From assembly GCA_041740475.1 (NCBI GenBank), contig JBGSLX010000021.1:1-57383 (forward strand): 57,383 nt of DNA, in the 5' to 3' direction. Both the position numbers and the translations under genes were made by a program. The notes beneath the pieces were generated by a model. It saw only the letters and a list, made by a program, of their open reading frames with translations, made no database searches and was not told the origin of the DNA. Source of the DNA: Akkermansiaceae bacterium (GTDB lineage Bacteria > Verrucomicrobiota > Verrucomicrobiia > Verrucomicrobiales > Akkermansiaceae). Shown here piece after piece: positions 9,102 to 19,616 of the stretch; position 1 is the stretch's first letter, and each line of letters starts with the position of its first letter.

Positions 9102-10103
9102 TCAATTATATGACGTAATGTGGATACTGCGGTTGTCCACCACGGCTGGACCAGAATGTAGAAGCTGGCTCCAAGATGCTACATCATCCAGTTCGATGAC
9201 TTTGCTGAGTGAGTCCAAAGTCAATTTTTCATGAAGCGACAAGGACTCAGTGGATATAAAGCCATCTACTAGAGTATAAACACTGGGTATGATTGAGTGG
9301 TGTCCCAGCATCATGGCACGAACTGGGAGGAATGATCGTCGCCATTCGCAAATGATCGGCAAAAGTTCGAAATCCGTCAACCGGCCAAGCACATCATAGT
9401 ATTCAATTTCGAACAAACGAGAGATAGAAGCTGCTAAATCAGTAGGTGAACTACTAAGTAGCACAGGGATCCAGCCTGCTGCTTTCGCCGAAATGATGAC
9501 CTCAGAAACTTTGTTTGCTGTTGCGGGTAAGTTCTCAAACAAATCCCGGCTAGGATGGATGGATTCGTATATGTGCACTTCATTTGCTAGGGGTATTATG
9601 TGGTCGAGATGCACAAATAAGAGTGAGCCGCAGGGCTGGGTCGCGGGTTGGATCTCGACGAGATCGTTCACCATTACGCGATTAAACAGTTCGATCATAT
9701 CATCGTTCCGCATGCGCACGCAGCCATGTCCTGCTCGTTGACCGATGAGTTCTTCCTGATTGGTTCCATGAATATAAATGCAGCGTTCCAGTGTATTGGC
9801 ATTTGGGATATCCAAGCCATCTAAGCGCAGAATGCGTGTTAGCACGAGATCTTGATCTGCTAAGTCTCCTCGTTGCCACAGCCCAACAGGCAAGCGGCCC
9901 TTAAAAATCGTGCCACTCGGTTGATCCGCCCCTATTGCTTCGATGATTCGGAACGTTCCGGTGGGGGTGCGGAAACTGTCTTTTGCGAAACCCATACCCT
10001 TGATCGCGGTGGACACGGGGTAGGAATGAACGCACGCATCGTTTTCAATTACGCTTAATGTTTGGTCATCAAGTGAAACGACAAGTCTGCGGACTGAACT
10101 CAT
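9102..10103 (-). CDS. L,D-transpeptidase (YkuD) domain fused to a degenerate HAD-like domain
   Basis: RTPTG, IYIHGT..GHGCVRM catalytic motif; C-terminal half has no clear DxD. Confidence 0.8.
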   Translation of the reverse strand: MSSVRRLVVSLDDQTLSVIENDACVHSYPVSTAIKGMGFAKDSFRTPTGTFRIIEAIGADQPSGTIFKGRLPVGLWQRGDLADQDLVLTRILRLDGLDIPNANTLERCIYIHGTNQEELIGQRAGHGCVRMRNDDMIELFNRVMVNDLVEIQPATQPCGSLLFVHLDHIIPLANEVHIYESIHPSRDLFENLPATANKVSEVIISAKAAGWIPVLLSSSPTDLAASISRLFEIEYYDVLGRLTDFELLPIICEWRRSFLPVRAMMLGHHSIIPSVYTLVDGFISTESLSLHEKLTLDSLSKVIELDDVASWSQLLHSGPAVVDNRSIHITSYN

Positions 10104-11233
10104 GGTGGTGTGATCACGAGCAATGCATTGTGGCCGCCCATGCCATGTGATAACTTCGCGACTGGGCCGAGGGCAGGTGTTTCATGGTCCGGTAACACGA
10201 AGCCCGGAGGTGCATAGAGAGCCGGCATATTGGGTGGAAGTTGGCGGTGGCGCAAAAATGAAGCTAATATCACACATTCGAGCATTCCACTTGCGCCGAT
10301 GGTGTGACCGAGGAATGGCTTGAGCAAATGTAGCGTCGGCTTATTCCCGGGAAAAACTCGTGTCAGTGCGGCTGGATCCGCAGCACACTGGACGGCAGTC
10401 CCGGTAGCGTGAGGACACACGGCGGTGGGCATGTTGGTCAGACCTGTGAACAGTCCAGGAGTGCGGCCGCCATCTTTCGGAATGCCTACGGGATCGCATG
10501 CATCCGAGTTGCATCCATAAGATGTAACATGTGGGTGATTTCCTGAGGTTGCTTCCAGAGTGAGCGCCGCCGCTCCTTCTCCGGGAATAAACCCGGATGT
10601 TCCAAGTCGATAGGGGTCCGATTGATACACATCCGACAAAAGCCCGGAAGCTGCATAGTTATCCAGTAGCAGTGGTACGAGTGGCAAGTCCACCGCCACG
10701 ACTAATGCACGCGGTGCAGCTCCACATCGGATTAGCATGGTGGCGATTCCGATGGCATCGAGACCCGCCGCGCAGCCACTTGCTAAAACGTGATTCGGTC
10801 CTGTGATGCCAAACTCGATGGTGATCGCCGCTGCGGGTTCGCTGTGGATCGTATTGCTAGCTGCCATCAGTTTGAAGGGCCGTCTTCCCGGCCATGGGCC
10901 GAGCCAGCCAGCAGCATTGCCACGGCTTGTGCCAACTACCAGTGCTGCATCGTGCAGATCATGGGGTGACCAACCGGCATCAGAGATTGCCTGCTGCGCC
11001 ACATGCAGAGCGGCCATTGTTGCGGGGCTCCATTTTCGGTGGGTTAACGAAGCCCGGTTTTCAATCCACGCAGCAGGCCTAGCAGCGTGCGGGCTGTCAG
11101 CTCCAAGAAGCTCAGACAAAGGTCGAAACCGCGACTGCTGTGCCAGAATCGCCTGCCGATGTTCGGCCAAATTCACGCCCAGCGCCGACAATGCGCCTAG
11201 GCCAGTGATGTTGATGGGGGCTTCCAGAAACAC
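10100..11233 (-). CDS. Beta-ketoacyl synthase (FabF-like), stand-alone
   Basis: ITGLGALS, ASGCAAG (Cys), GEGAAA, HATGT, KPFLGHTIGASG; ATGA overlap with the next gene. Confidence 0.88.
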   Translation of the reverse strand: MFLEAPINITGLGALSALGVNLAEHRQAILAQQSRFRPLSELLGADSPHAARPAAWIENRASLTHRKWSPATMAALHVAQQAISDAGWSPHDLHDAALVVGTSRGNAAGWLGPWPGRRPFKLMAASNTIHSEPAAAITIEFGITGPNHVLASGCAAGLDAIGIATMLIRCGAAPRALVVAVDLPLVPLLLDNYAASGLLSDVYQSDPYRLGTSGFIPGEGAAALTLEATSGNHPHVTSYGCNSDACDPVGIPKDGGRTPGLFTGLTNMPTAVCPHATGTAVQCAADPAALTRVFPGNKPTLHLLKPFLGHTIGASGMLECVILASFLRHRQLPPNMPALYAPPGFVLPDHETPALGPVAKLSHGMGGHNALLVITPP

Positions 11234-11337
11234 AATATGATGACTCTGCCTTGCGGCTGCGACACAGCCTCATGAAGCATGTTTGTGGAAATTACAATAC
11301 CACTTTGAAATGCGCGCACAGTTCTATGAGCAATCGC

Positions 11338-11904
11338 TCAATCCACATCTTGATAAAGCTCTGACAGGAGAAATGTGATACCTACTTCTGGAAGCTCAAG
11401 AACCGCATCCGGACCGGAAAGAATCTCCTTTTTGAAGCCCATGCCATCCCGGCGATGAAGTGTTAGGAAACGAGATTCTGTTTCCGCGAGTATATAGGTT
11501 TCCAGCGTGGGGATGGTGATGTAATCACGGAATTTCTGGACTTCATCAATGCGGCGAGTGGTCGGGCTGAGCACTTCGAGAATCACGCTTGGAGAGTGAG
11601 TATATAAAGCGTTCCCCGGTACCGGCACGCAGATGATCATGCCATCGGGGTAGTAGAATGCTTCCTCTCCACCACCGAGCGCTACATGAAGTTTGAAATC
11701 GCTACCCGTTGGAAAACAGGGCTTTCCGGCAAGCTGGTTGCCGACGTGTCTCATGAAATTTCCTGCGATACGCTGATGATTCAGTGTGCCGCCAGACATC
11801 GCATAAACATTTCCAGCGACAAACTCATGACGGATTTCTGATGCGAGTTCGCCCTCTAGGTATTTATCCCGGGAGATCCAGTGATTCGCAATTGCAAGTG
11901 CCAT
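11338..11904 (-). CDS. Uma2/DUF820 family putative endonuclease
   Basis: HEFVAG..MSGGTLNHQRI, YYPD, ILEVLSPTT..D..K..Y; start set at ATG 11904. Confidence 0.9.
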   Translation of the reverse strand: MALAIANHWISRDKYLEGELASEIRHEFVAGNVYAMSGGTLNHQRIAGNFMRHVGNQLAGKPCFPTGSDFKLHVALGGGEEAFYYPDGMIICVPVPGNALYTHSPSVILEVLSPTTRRIDEVQKFRDYITIPTLETYILAETESRFLTLHRRDGMGFKKEILSGPDAVLELPEVGITFLLSELYQDVD

Positions 11905-11951
11905 GACGAGACGGGTAGCTGAAATAGATCGGTTCCGCAAGTATCCCGCTG

Positions 11952-13169
11952 CTACCCAAGCAGATGGCAGAACATGGCATCGCGCAGTTTCGGTTCAAAC
12001 CAGGTGCTCTTTGGCGGCATAATTCCACCGTCGTCTGCGATGTCCATCAGGTCCACGATGCCCGTGGGAAACATCGAAAACGCGCAGGCAAATTCACCGG
12101 AATCGACGAGTTTCTCAAGCTCGGCTGTTCCACGAATGCCGCCAACAAATGAGATGCGCTTGCTAGTCCGCGGGTCTTGGATGTCGAAGAGCGGCGCGAG
12201 GATCTCGGTTTGTAGCAGTGATACATCAAGCAAATCGATGGCCGAGCGCCCACTTGTAAACTCCGGCTTGAAGGTCAAGCCGTGCCATTTGCCAGCGAGA
12301 TAAAATGCGAGTTGATGTTTTTCCGTCGGAACGGGAGCGGAGTTTTCCGTGATCTCGAATACGCGACCTAACGCGACGAGGATATCCGCAGGCGTGTGAC
12401 CATTGAGATCCTTGAGCACCCGGTTATAGGCGAGGATGTTCATTTGGTCGTGTGGGAAAATGACCGTGAGGAAACCCGCGCTGCCGCCAGCTCCCTTGCG
12501 GCTTTGGAAGATACGGCTGGCTGCTGCGCTGCGGTGATGTCCATCCGCGATGTATAGCGCTGGCATTTCAGCGAACGCTGCGATCAGAAAATCGATGTCC
12601 GCCATTTCCGCAACTGGCCATGAGCTATGGCGCACGCCGTCTGGGGCGGTGAAGTCGATCTCTGGCGCAGCGGACGTCAGGCGCGAGACCAGCGCGTCGA
12701 TCGCTGGGTCCGCTTTGTATGTGAGAAATACCGGCCCCGTCTGGGCATCGAGCGATTCGATGTGGCGCACGCGATCATCTTCTTTGTCGGGGCGGGTCAG
12801 CTCGTGTTTTTTCACGATGTCATTCAAGTACTCTTGGCAGCTCGCCAGTCCTACGAGGCCGATCTGGCAGTGGCCGCCCATGACTTGGCGATACAAGTGA
12901 AACATCGGGGACGCATCGCAGCGCAAAGTTCCATCACAAATCAGCTTTTGAAAATTTTCACGTCCACGCTGATAGACCGCATCGGAATACAAATCCGTGC
13001 CCTCGGGCAGGTCGATTTCGGGTTTGCTAACGCGGAGGAAACTCAGCGGATTTCCCGCCGCCATGGCTTTCGCTTCCTCGGAAGACATCACGTCGTAAGG
13101 CAGCTCACAGACACGTGCGGCGAGTTCAGGATCGGGGCGGAGGGCGGCGAAGGGAGTGACAGTAGCCAT
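11952..13169 (-). CDS. DUF1015 family protein
   Basis: PFAALRP, PYDV, KKHELT, YIADGHHR, MPPKSTWFEPKL; start set at MATV. Confidence 0.9.
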   Translation of the reverse strand: MATVTPFAALRPDPELAARVCELPYDVMSSEEAKAMAAGNPLSFLRVSKPEIDLPEGTDLYSDAVYQRGRENFQKLICDGTLRCDASPMFHLYRQVMGGHCQIGLVGLASCQEYLNDIVKKHELTRPDKEDDRVRHIESLDAQTGPVFLTYKADPAIDALVSRLTSAAPEIDFTAPDGVRHSSWPVAEMADIDFLIAAFAEMPALYIADGHHRSAAASRIFQSRKGAGGSAGFLTVIFPHDQMNILAYNRVLKDLNGHTPADILVALGRVFEITENSAPVPTEKHQLAFYLAGKWHGLTFKPEFTSGRSAIDLLDVSLLQTEILAPLFDIQDPRTSKRISFVGGIRGTAELEKLVDSGEFACAFSMFPTGIVDLMDIADDGGIMPPKSTWFEPKLRDAMFCHLLG

Positions 13170-13287
13170 GGTCGGGGAAGCGGACCATAAGGACACGTTG
13201 CTCCAACGCAAGAGCAGATGCGTCGGCATTTCCTACGGCCCAATGTCCGGGCTTGCCCAGTGTGAAAGCAGCGTTCATTCATGGGCC

Positions 13288-14760
13288 GTGACGCGTGACT
13301 TATCTGCTGACCCGGCCTGGCAGGAAAAGGATCTGGGGCTGCCGCTACCGGATTCTTCACATGCGTGTTCGGTCTGCCTGCCTACTTGGGACTCGGTGAT
13401 CGGATACGAAGAAGGCCGGAAAAAAATCATCAATCGCCTGCGAGTGGGATACCCGCGGTTTTTCAAGCATCCCATGGTGGAACGCTTGTTTGATAATGCG
13501 AAGTCCGAGGTGGCTGGTGAGCACGAAGAAGTCTTGGTGCTGCCGACTCGTAGTTCCGTGCAGCGAGCTCACCGTTGGGTGGAGCGCCGTGCGCAAACGG
13601 CCGTGCGCTCGACCAGTTTCCACGGCCTGCATGCGCTGATCGTTCCCGCTAAGGCAAAGGCCGATGCAGATGCCTATTGGCGCTTCTCTGGCGAAGTCGT
13701 CAGCAGCCGCCAGGCACAGGATTTCCTCGATGGAGCGCCGCGTGAGGGTTCCAAATCACATTTGGTCGTTCGCTCGCTCACCAAGTTCACGGGCAGCACA
13801 CCTGAGAATACCTTCGTATTTTCGAGCGGCATGGCCGCCACCACCAGCGTCTTGCGAGCACTGCCCGGCTTGCTCAACGGCAAGAAAACTCTGCAACTGG
13901 AGTTTCCCTACGTGGACTGCTTGAAGGTGCAGGAACATTTCGGTCATGGCGTGGTGTATCTGAATGAAGCCAGCGGCGAATCGTTCGATGAAGCGTTGTT
14001 GCGAATCCGTCAGGGAGAATTCGCTGGTGTATTCACTGAACTGCCCAGCAACCCATTACTGCGCACCGTCGAGCTTGAACGTGTCGCGCGAGCTTGTCAT
14101 GAAGGAGCCACGCCTTTCATTGTGGACGATTCCGCAGCCGGACCGTTCAACGTGGAAGCTTTGCGCTTCGCAGACGTGGTGACCGGTAGTTTGACCAAAT
14201 GGATTTCTGGCGAAGGCGACGTGATGGCAGGGATGGCGGCTTTACGCGAAGACTCACCGTTTAGCGCCACCCTCCGGGAAAGTCTCACTTTAGACGCCGC
14301 TGAAAATGCGCCGCTTTACATTGGCGATGCCGAGGTGCTGCTTTCCAATATGAATGGCTACGCGGCTCGGATGAAAACAGTGAACGCGAATGGCATAGAA
14401 CTGGCCGCATGGCTTGCGGAACATCCGGCGGTCGCTCAGGTCTGGCACCCTTCTCTTACCACTCGCGAGAATTACGATGCAGCGCTACGCAAAGGTGGGG
14501 GCTACGGTGGCTTGCTCTCGTTTGTGCTGAAAAGTCCGAAAAAAGTGCCCAAAGTTTATGACGCGCTGCAACTCTGCAAGGGACCGAGTTTTGGCACGCC
14601 ATTCACGTTGGTGTGTCCTTATGTGATGCTCGCGCATTACACGGAGCTCGATTGGGCGGAAGCTTGTGGTGTGGCCCCGCACTTGCTGCGCGTTTCTTGT
14701 GGCTTGGAACCGATCGGCGATCTCAAGAGTGCATTTGACGAAGCGCTGGCCAGCGCGTGA
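13288..14760 (+). CDS. PLP-dependent Cys/Met metabolism enzyme (cystathionine gamma-synthase, Str2-like long form)
   Basis: GYPRFF, FSSGMAA, ELPSNPLL, SLTK (PLP Lys), KGPSFG, LLRVSCGLE; GTG start estimated. Confidence 0.85.
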   Translation: MTRDLSADPAWQEKDLGLPLPDSSHACSVCLPTWDSVIGYEEGRKKIINRLRVGYPRFFKHPMVERLFDNAKSEVAGEHEEVLVLPTRSSVQRAHRWVERRAQTAVRSTSFHGLHALIVPAKAKADADAYWRFSGEVVSSRQAQDFLDGAPREGSKSHLVVRSLTKFTGSTPENTFVFSSGMAATTSVLRALPGLLNGKKTLQLEFPYVDCLKVQEHFGHGVVYLNEASGESFDEALLRIRQGEFAGVFTELPSNPLLRTVELERVARACHEGATPFIVDDSAAGPFNVEALRFADVVTGSLTKWISGEGDVMAGMAALREDSPFSATLRESLTLDAAENAPLYIGDAEVLLSNMNGYAARMKTVNANGIELAAWLAEHPAVAQVWHPSLTTRENYDAALRKGGGYGGLLSFVLKSPKKVPKVYDALQLCKGPSFGTPFTLVCPYVMLAHYTELDWAEACGVAPHLLRVSCGLEPIGDLKSAFDEALASA

Positions 14761-15978
<1,218 letters not shown>

Positions 15979-16002
15979 ACGCGTCGCCCAGCCATCCCGG
16001 CC

Positions 16003-16815
16003 ATGAAGCCGCTCAATCTTATCGCTTTGTTAATGTTTCTCGGGGGTGCCGTATGGGCGCTCACCCGTAGCGAACGGAGCGTGCGCGAGATTCAAACTGC
16101 GTATTACGAGGCGATGGCTCCATTTCTCAAATCGGGTTCCAAACTGGAAACGCAGGCCCGCACTTTTCTCACGGAAGCTCGCCATTCCAAAGAGCTCGAG
16201 GCGGAGCTGGAAGTGACTCACGAACAACTTGGCCGCCTGCGCCTGATCGAAACGCGTTTCCGTGCTCTCGAACAAGAAAATGCTCAGCTCAGACACGCGC
16301 TCAACTTCAAACAAGCGACGCGTTTCGACGTCGTAGCCGCACGGGTGATTCGCCGCAATCCAACCACTTGGTGGCAGACGGTTGAGATTGATGCTGGCTC
16401 AAAACGCGGCATCGGCAGCCAGTTGGCCGTCCTTTCAAACGACGGCCTAGTCGGCAAAATCGAGCGCGTGGACAGCGGTGGAGAACGCTCGTCCGTGCTC
16501 TTGCTCACCGACGAGAAATGCCAAGTCTCGGCCCGCATCGAGGGTTCGCCGGAAGTCGGCATCCTGAGCGGTCAGCGCGGTGGCTTTGATGCCGATCCGA
16601 TGTTGCGCCTTCGTTTCCTTTCGCCCAATGCCGCCGTCCGCCAAGGGCAGCGTGTGTTTACCACCGGCCGTGGAGGTATCTTCCAGGCCAATATCCTTCT
16701 TGGAACCATCCACTCCGTCGAAAAAGGCGCACTGGATTCCGAAGCTCTCGTCCGACCCTCGGTGAACTTCGCGGATCTCGGTGCGGTTTTCGTGGTTCTG
16801 TCTGCCGATTCCTGA
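16003..16815 (+). CDS. mreC: Rod shape-determining protein MreC
   Basis: TM, coiled coil (LEQENAQLR), GLVGKI, TTGRGGIF; position after mreB. Confidence 0.92.
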   Translation: MKPLNLIALLMFLGGAVWALTRSERSVREIQTAYYEAMAPFLKSGSKLETQARTFLTEARHSKELEAELEVTHEQLGRLRLIETRFRALEQENAQLRHALNFKQATRFDVVAARVIRRNPTTWWQTVEIDAGSKRGIGSQLAVLSNDGLVGKIERVDSGGERSSVLLLTDEKCQVSARIEGSPEVGILSGQRGGFDADPMLRLRFLSPNAAVRQGQRVFTTGRGGIFQANILLGTIHSVEKGALDSEALVRPSVNFADLGAVFVVLSADS

Positions 16816-16821
16816 CAGCCC

Positions 16822-17403
16822 GTGATCCGTTACTCCATCGCCACCATTCTGCTCCTGCTCGCCGCCTTTCTGGTGCAGCAGTTCTTGCCGGCATTTACGG
16901 GGATTCACCACTCGCGCATTCTGCTCGTTCAGTTGGTATTCCTGTGCTGCGCGGTGACTGTCGCGCAGCCGACCATGCTGCTGCTGGCATTCATTGGCGG
17001 CTTCTTCTGGGACGCCCAGTGCGCACTTGGGCCGCACGGCGGTGATCCTCTGGTTTATACGCAGCAGGTGGAAAATCTGCGCTTTGGTTACTCGATCCTG
17101 CTCTTCGGTGCGATGGGAGTTTTGATGCAGGGCATCCAGCCGTTGTTCAAACAGGGCAAATGGTATTTTTCCGCGTTTCTGTCCGGAATCGCCGTCCTGC
17201 TCTACCTCGCGGCTGAGTACACGATTATCAATTTCGTGCGCGGTGATTTCAGGCTCAGCCCCGCTACCATGCAGCAGATGGTCTTCACCGCATGCCTAAC
17301 CATGCTTTTTTCGCCGCTGGTCTTCTGGATGCTCTTCACCATCGCGAAGGCCTGCGACCACTCGATCAACCCGGAGGTGCGCCGTCGCAGGCGCCAACAT
17401 TAA
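16822..17403 (+). CDS. mreD: Rod shape-determining protein MreD
   Basis: Hydrophobic 193 aa with GFFWD, between mreC and PBP2. Confidence 0.75.
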   Translation: MIRYSIATILLLLAAFLVQQFLPAFTGIHHSRILLVQLVFLCCAVTVAQPTMLLLAFIGGFFWDAQCALGPHGGDPLVYTQQVENLRFGYSILLFGAMGVLMQGIQPLFKQGKWYFSAFLSGIAVLLYLAAEYTIINFVRGDFRLSPATMQQMVFTACLTMLFSPLVFWMLFTIAKACDHSINPEVRRRRRQH

Positions 17404-17407
17404 CGCC

Positions 17408-19570
17408 ATGCAAACGGGTTATCGCCTCCGCATCTACTTGCTGACTGCCATCTTGGTCGTCGGCTTCGGTGCCTTGCTCAATCGCCTCTACGAGTTCCAA
17501 ATTGAGCGCCGGAATGAGTTTCTCAATCGCGTGCCCGGAAATCGCACCGTCACCGTGCGCGAACCCGGTATCCGCGGCCAAATCACCGACCGCAACGGCA
17601 TCACGCTCGCCAAGAATCTCCGCAACTATGAAGTGACCTTCAACTTGGAGGAAATTCGCGATGCCTACCTCAATCAACATGATCGCGAGCCTGTCGTGGA
17701 CCGCATTACCGATGAGCGCGGAATCCCCCGCAAGCGCTCCGAGATGGATATCGTGGAAATCGTCAATGATTGGACTATCGCTCGACTTAAAAAACTTGAG
17801 CTAGCGCGCAACTACAACGCCACGGCCCTACGCACGCATTTCCTGACACACGGGGGGCTGATCCCATTCAGTTATCGCGCGGATTTGACTTACGATGAGT
17901 TTTCTCGTTTTGCGGAGCACAGTCTTGAGCTGCCCGGCGTTTATCTAAACATGCGACCGCAGCGCCAATATCCTTACGGCTCGCTGGCCAGCCACGTCCT
18001 CGGCTATCTCAAACAATGGGAAAAGGGTGATGTCCCAGAAGCAGATGCACGGAAGTTCAATCACTACATCGGCGACGAAAGAGGCATCGCGGGAGTTGAG
18101 GCGTCCATGGATTCGCTGCTGCGCGGTGAGGAGGGCAGCAAGAGCATCGTCAAAAATGAAAAAGGACGCACCATCCGAATGTCCGACTACACCAAGCCTG
18201 GAACCGGTGCCGACGTGCAGCTCACCATCGACGCTCGCGCTCAATACCTGCTCGAAAATGTGCTGCGCAATGCGGGCCGCGCCGCTGGCGTGGTCATGGA
18301 CGCCCAGACCGGTGAGGTGCTCGCCATGGCATCGGTGCCAGATTTCGATCCGAATGCCTTCATTCCGAGCATCACTCCCGAGCGCTGGAAAAATTACAAC
18401 GAGAACAAACAACTCGCGCCTTTGACCAACCGGACGATCTCGGCCTACGCTCCGGGTTCGACGATGAAAATCCCCACCGCCATCTCAGGCGCGCTGCAAG
18501 GGATGGCAAGCCGCTCATTTAGCTGCAACGGATATATCAAATACGGAAATCATCCGGTCGGCTGCTGGCTTTGGAACAAAAGCAAAGGCCGCCACGGCTC
18601 GCTCACACTTCCCAAGGCCATCCAGCAATCGTGCAATCCGTATTTCAACATCCTAGCCAACACGATCCGCTGGCGCGCGATGGTCGATGGCTGTCAGATG
18701 GTCGGCATCGGCAACCGCACCGGCATCGAGTTGCCAAATGAAAAACCCGGTATTCTCCCTGGCAGCCGCGCGTGGCGTGCCTCGAATCCCGGTGCGGAAA
18801 TGACACCCGCGCTGGTCGCCTTTTTATCCATCGGCCAAGGCGACACGCTCGCCACGCCGCTACAATTGTGCGCGATGGCTGCCTGCGTCGCGAACGGCGG
18901 GAAATACTATCAGCCACGCATCGTCCGCAAGGCCGTCTCGGAAGATGGCAAGACTCTCATCGCAGACGAGCCCGAGCTTGTCGTCGATTTGATCGAGGCG
19001 GGAATCAAACCCGATGACTTCGAGCTGATCCGCAAAGGCATGTGGATGGCTGTCAACGTCCCCGGCGGAACCGCCGGAAAAGTGAGAATGGCCGATATCG
19101 AAGTCGCGGCTAAAACTGGCACCGCGCAGACCATCGACAACGGTGCCAAGTCCAACAACTCGTGGGTGATCAGTTTTGCTCCTTACGAGAATCCCAAATA
19201 CGCCGTCTGCGTGCTCGTCCAGAATGCAGGTTCCGGCGGTGCCGTCTGCGGCCCGCTCGTCAATCTGATCTATCATGGACTTTTCTCCGGCGAAAAAGGG
19301 CTGAAGCTGCCACTCAATGTGCAGAGCGAATACGCCGGGAACACCGAGCGGCTCGAAGAAATCAAACTACCCGAGGACGTTCTCAGCTCAATCGGCGCAT
19401 CCGAAATCCTCGAAGACGATCTAGGTGAAACAGGCGAGGAAGTCGCCATTCTGGATGCCGCCGCACCCGTGCCCGAAGATAATTCAGACACGCCTGTCCC
19501 CACTCTCACCGCAGAAGCCGATGCCGAGGGCACCGTGGTTCCCAAGGCCGTCCCTGTCACCGAACCCTAA
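17408..19570 (+). CDS. mrdA: Penicillin-binding protein 2 (class B)
   Basis: RGQITDRNG, STMK (SxxK), SCN, KTGT; acidic tail. Confidence 0.93.
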   Translation: MQTGYRLRIYLLTAILVVGFGALLNRLYEFQIERRNEFLNRVPGNRTVTVREPGIRGQITDRNGITLAKNLRNYEVTFNLEEIRDAYLNQHDREPVVDRITDERGIPRKRSEMDIVEIVNDWTIARLKKLELARNYNATALRTHFLTHGGLIPFSYRADLTYDEFSRFAEHSLELPGVYLNMRPQRQYPYGSLASHVLGYLKQWEKGDVPEADARKFNHYIGDERGIAGVEASMDSLLRGEEGSKSIVKNEKGRTIRMSDYTKPGTGADVQLTIDARAQYLLENVLRNAGRAAGVVMDAQTGEVLAMASVPDFDPNAFIPSITPERWKNYNENKQLAPLTNRTISAYAPGSTMKIPTAISGALQGMASRSFSCNGYIKYGNHPVGCWLWNKSKGRHGSLTLPKAIQQSCNPYFNILANTIRWRAMVDGCQMVGIGNRTGIELPNEKPGILPGSRAWRASNPGAEMTPALVAFLSIGQGDTLATPLQLCAMAACVANGGKYYQPRIVRKAVSEDGKTLIADEPELVVDLIEAGIKPDDFELIRKGMWMAVNVPGGTAGKVRMADIEVAAKTGTAQTIDNGAKSNNSWVISFAPYENPKYAVCVLVQNAGSGGAVCGPLVNLIYHGLFSGEKGLKLPLNVQSEYAGNTERLEEIKLPEDVLSSIGASEILEDDLGETGEEVAILDAAAPVPEDNSDTPVPTLTAEADAEGTVVPKAVPVTEP

Positions 19571-19616
19571 TTTTTTCAACCCATTGATACGCCACACCAC
19601 TCACATCATTCAAACT

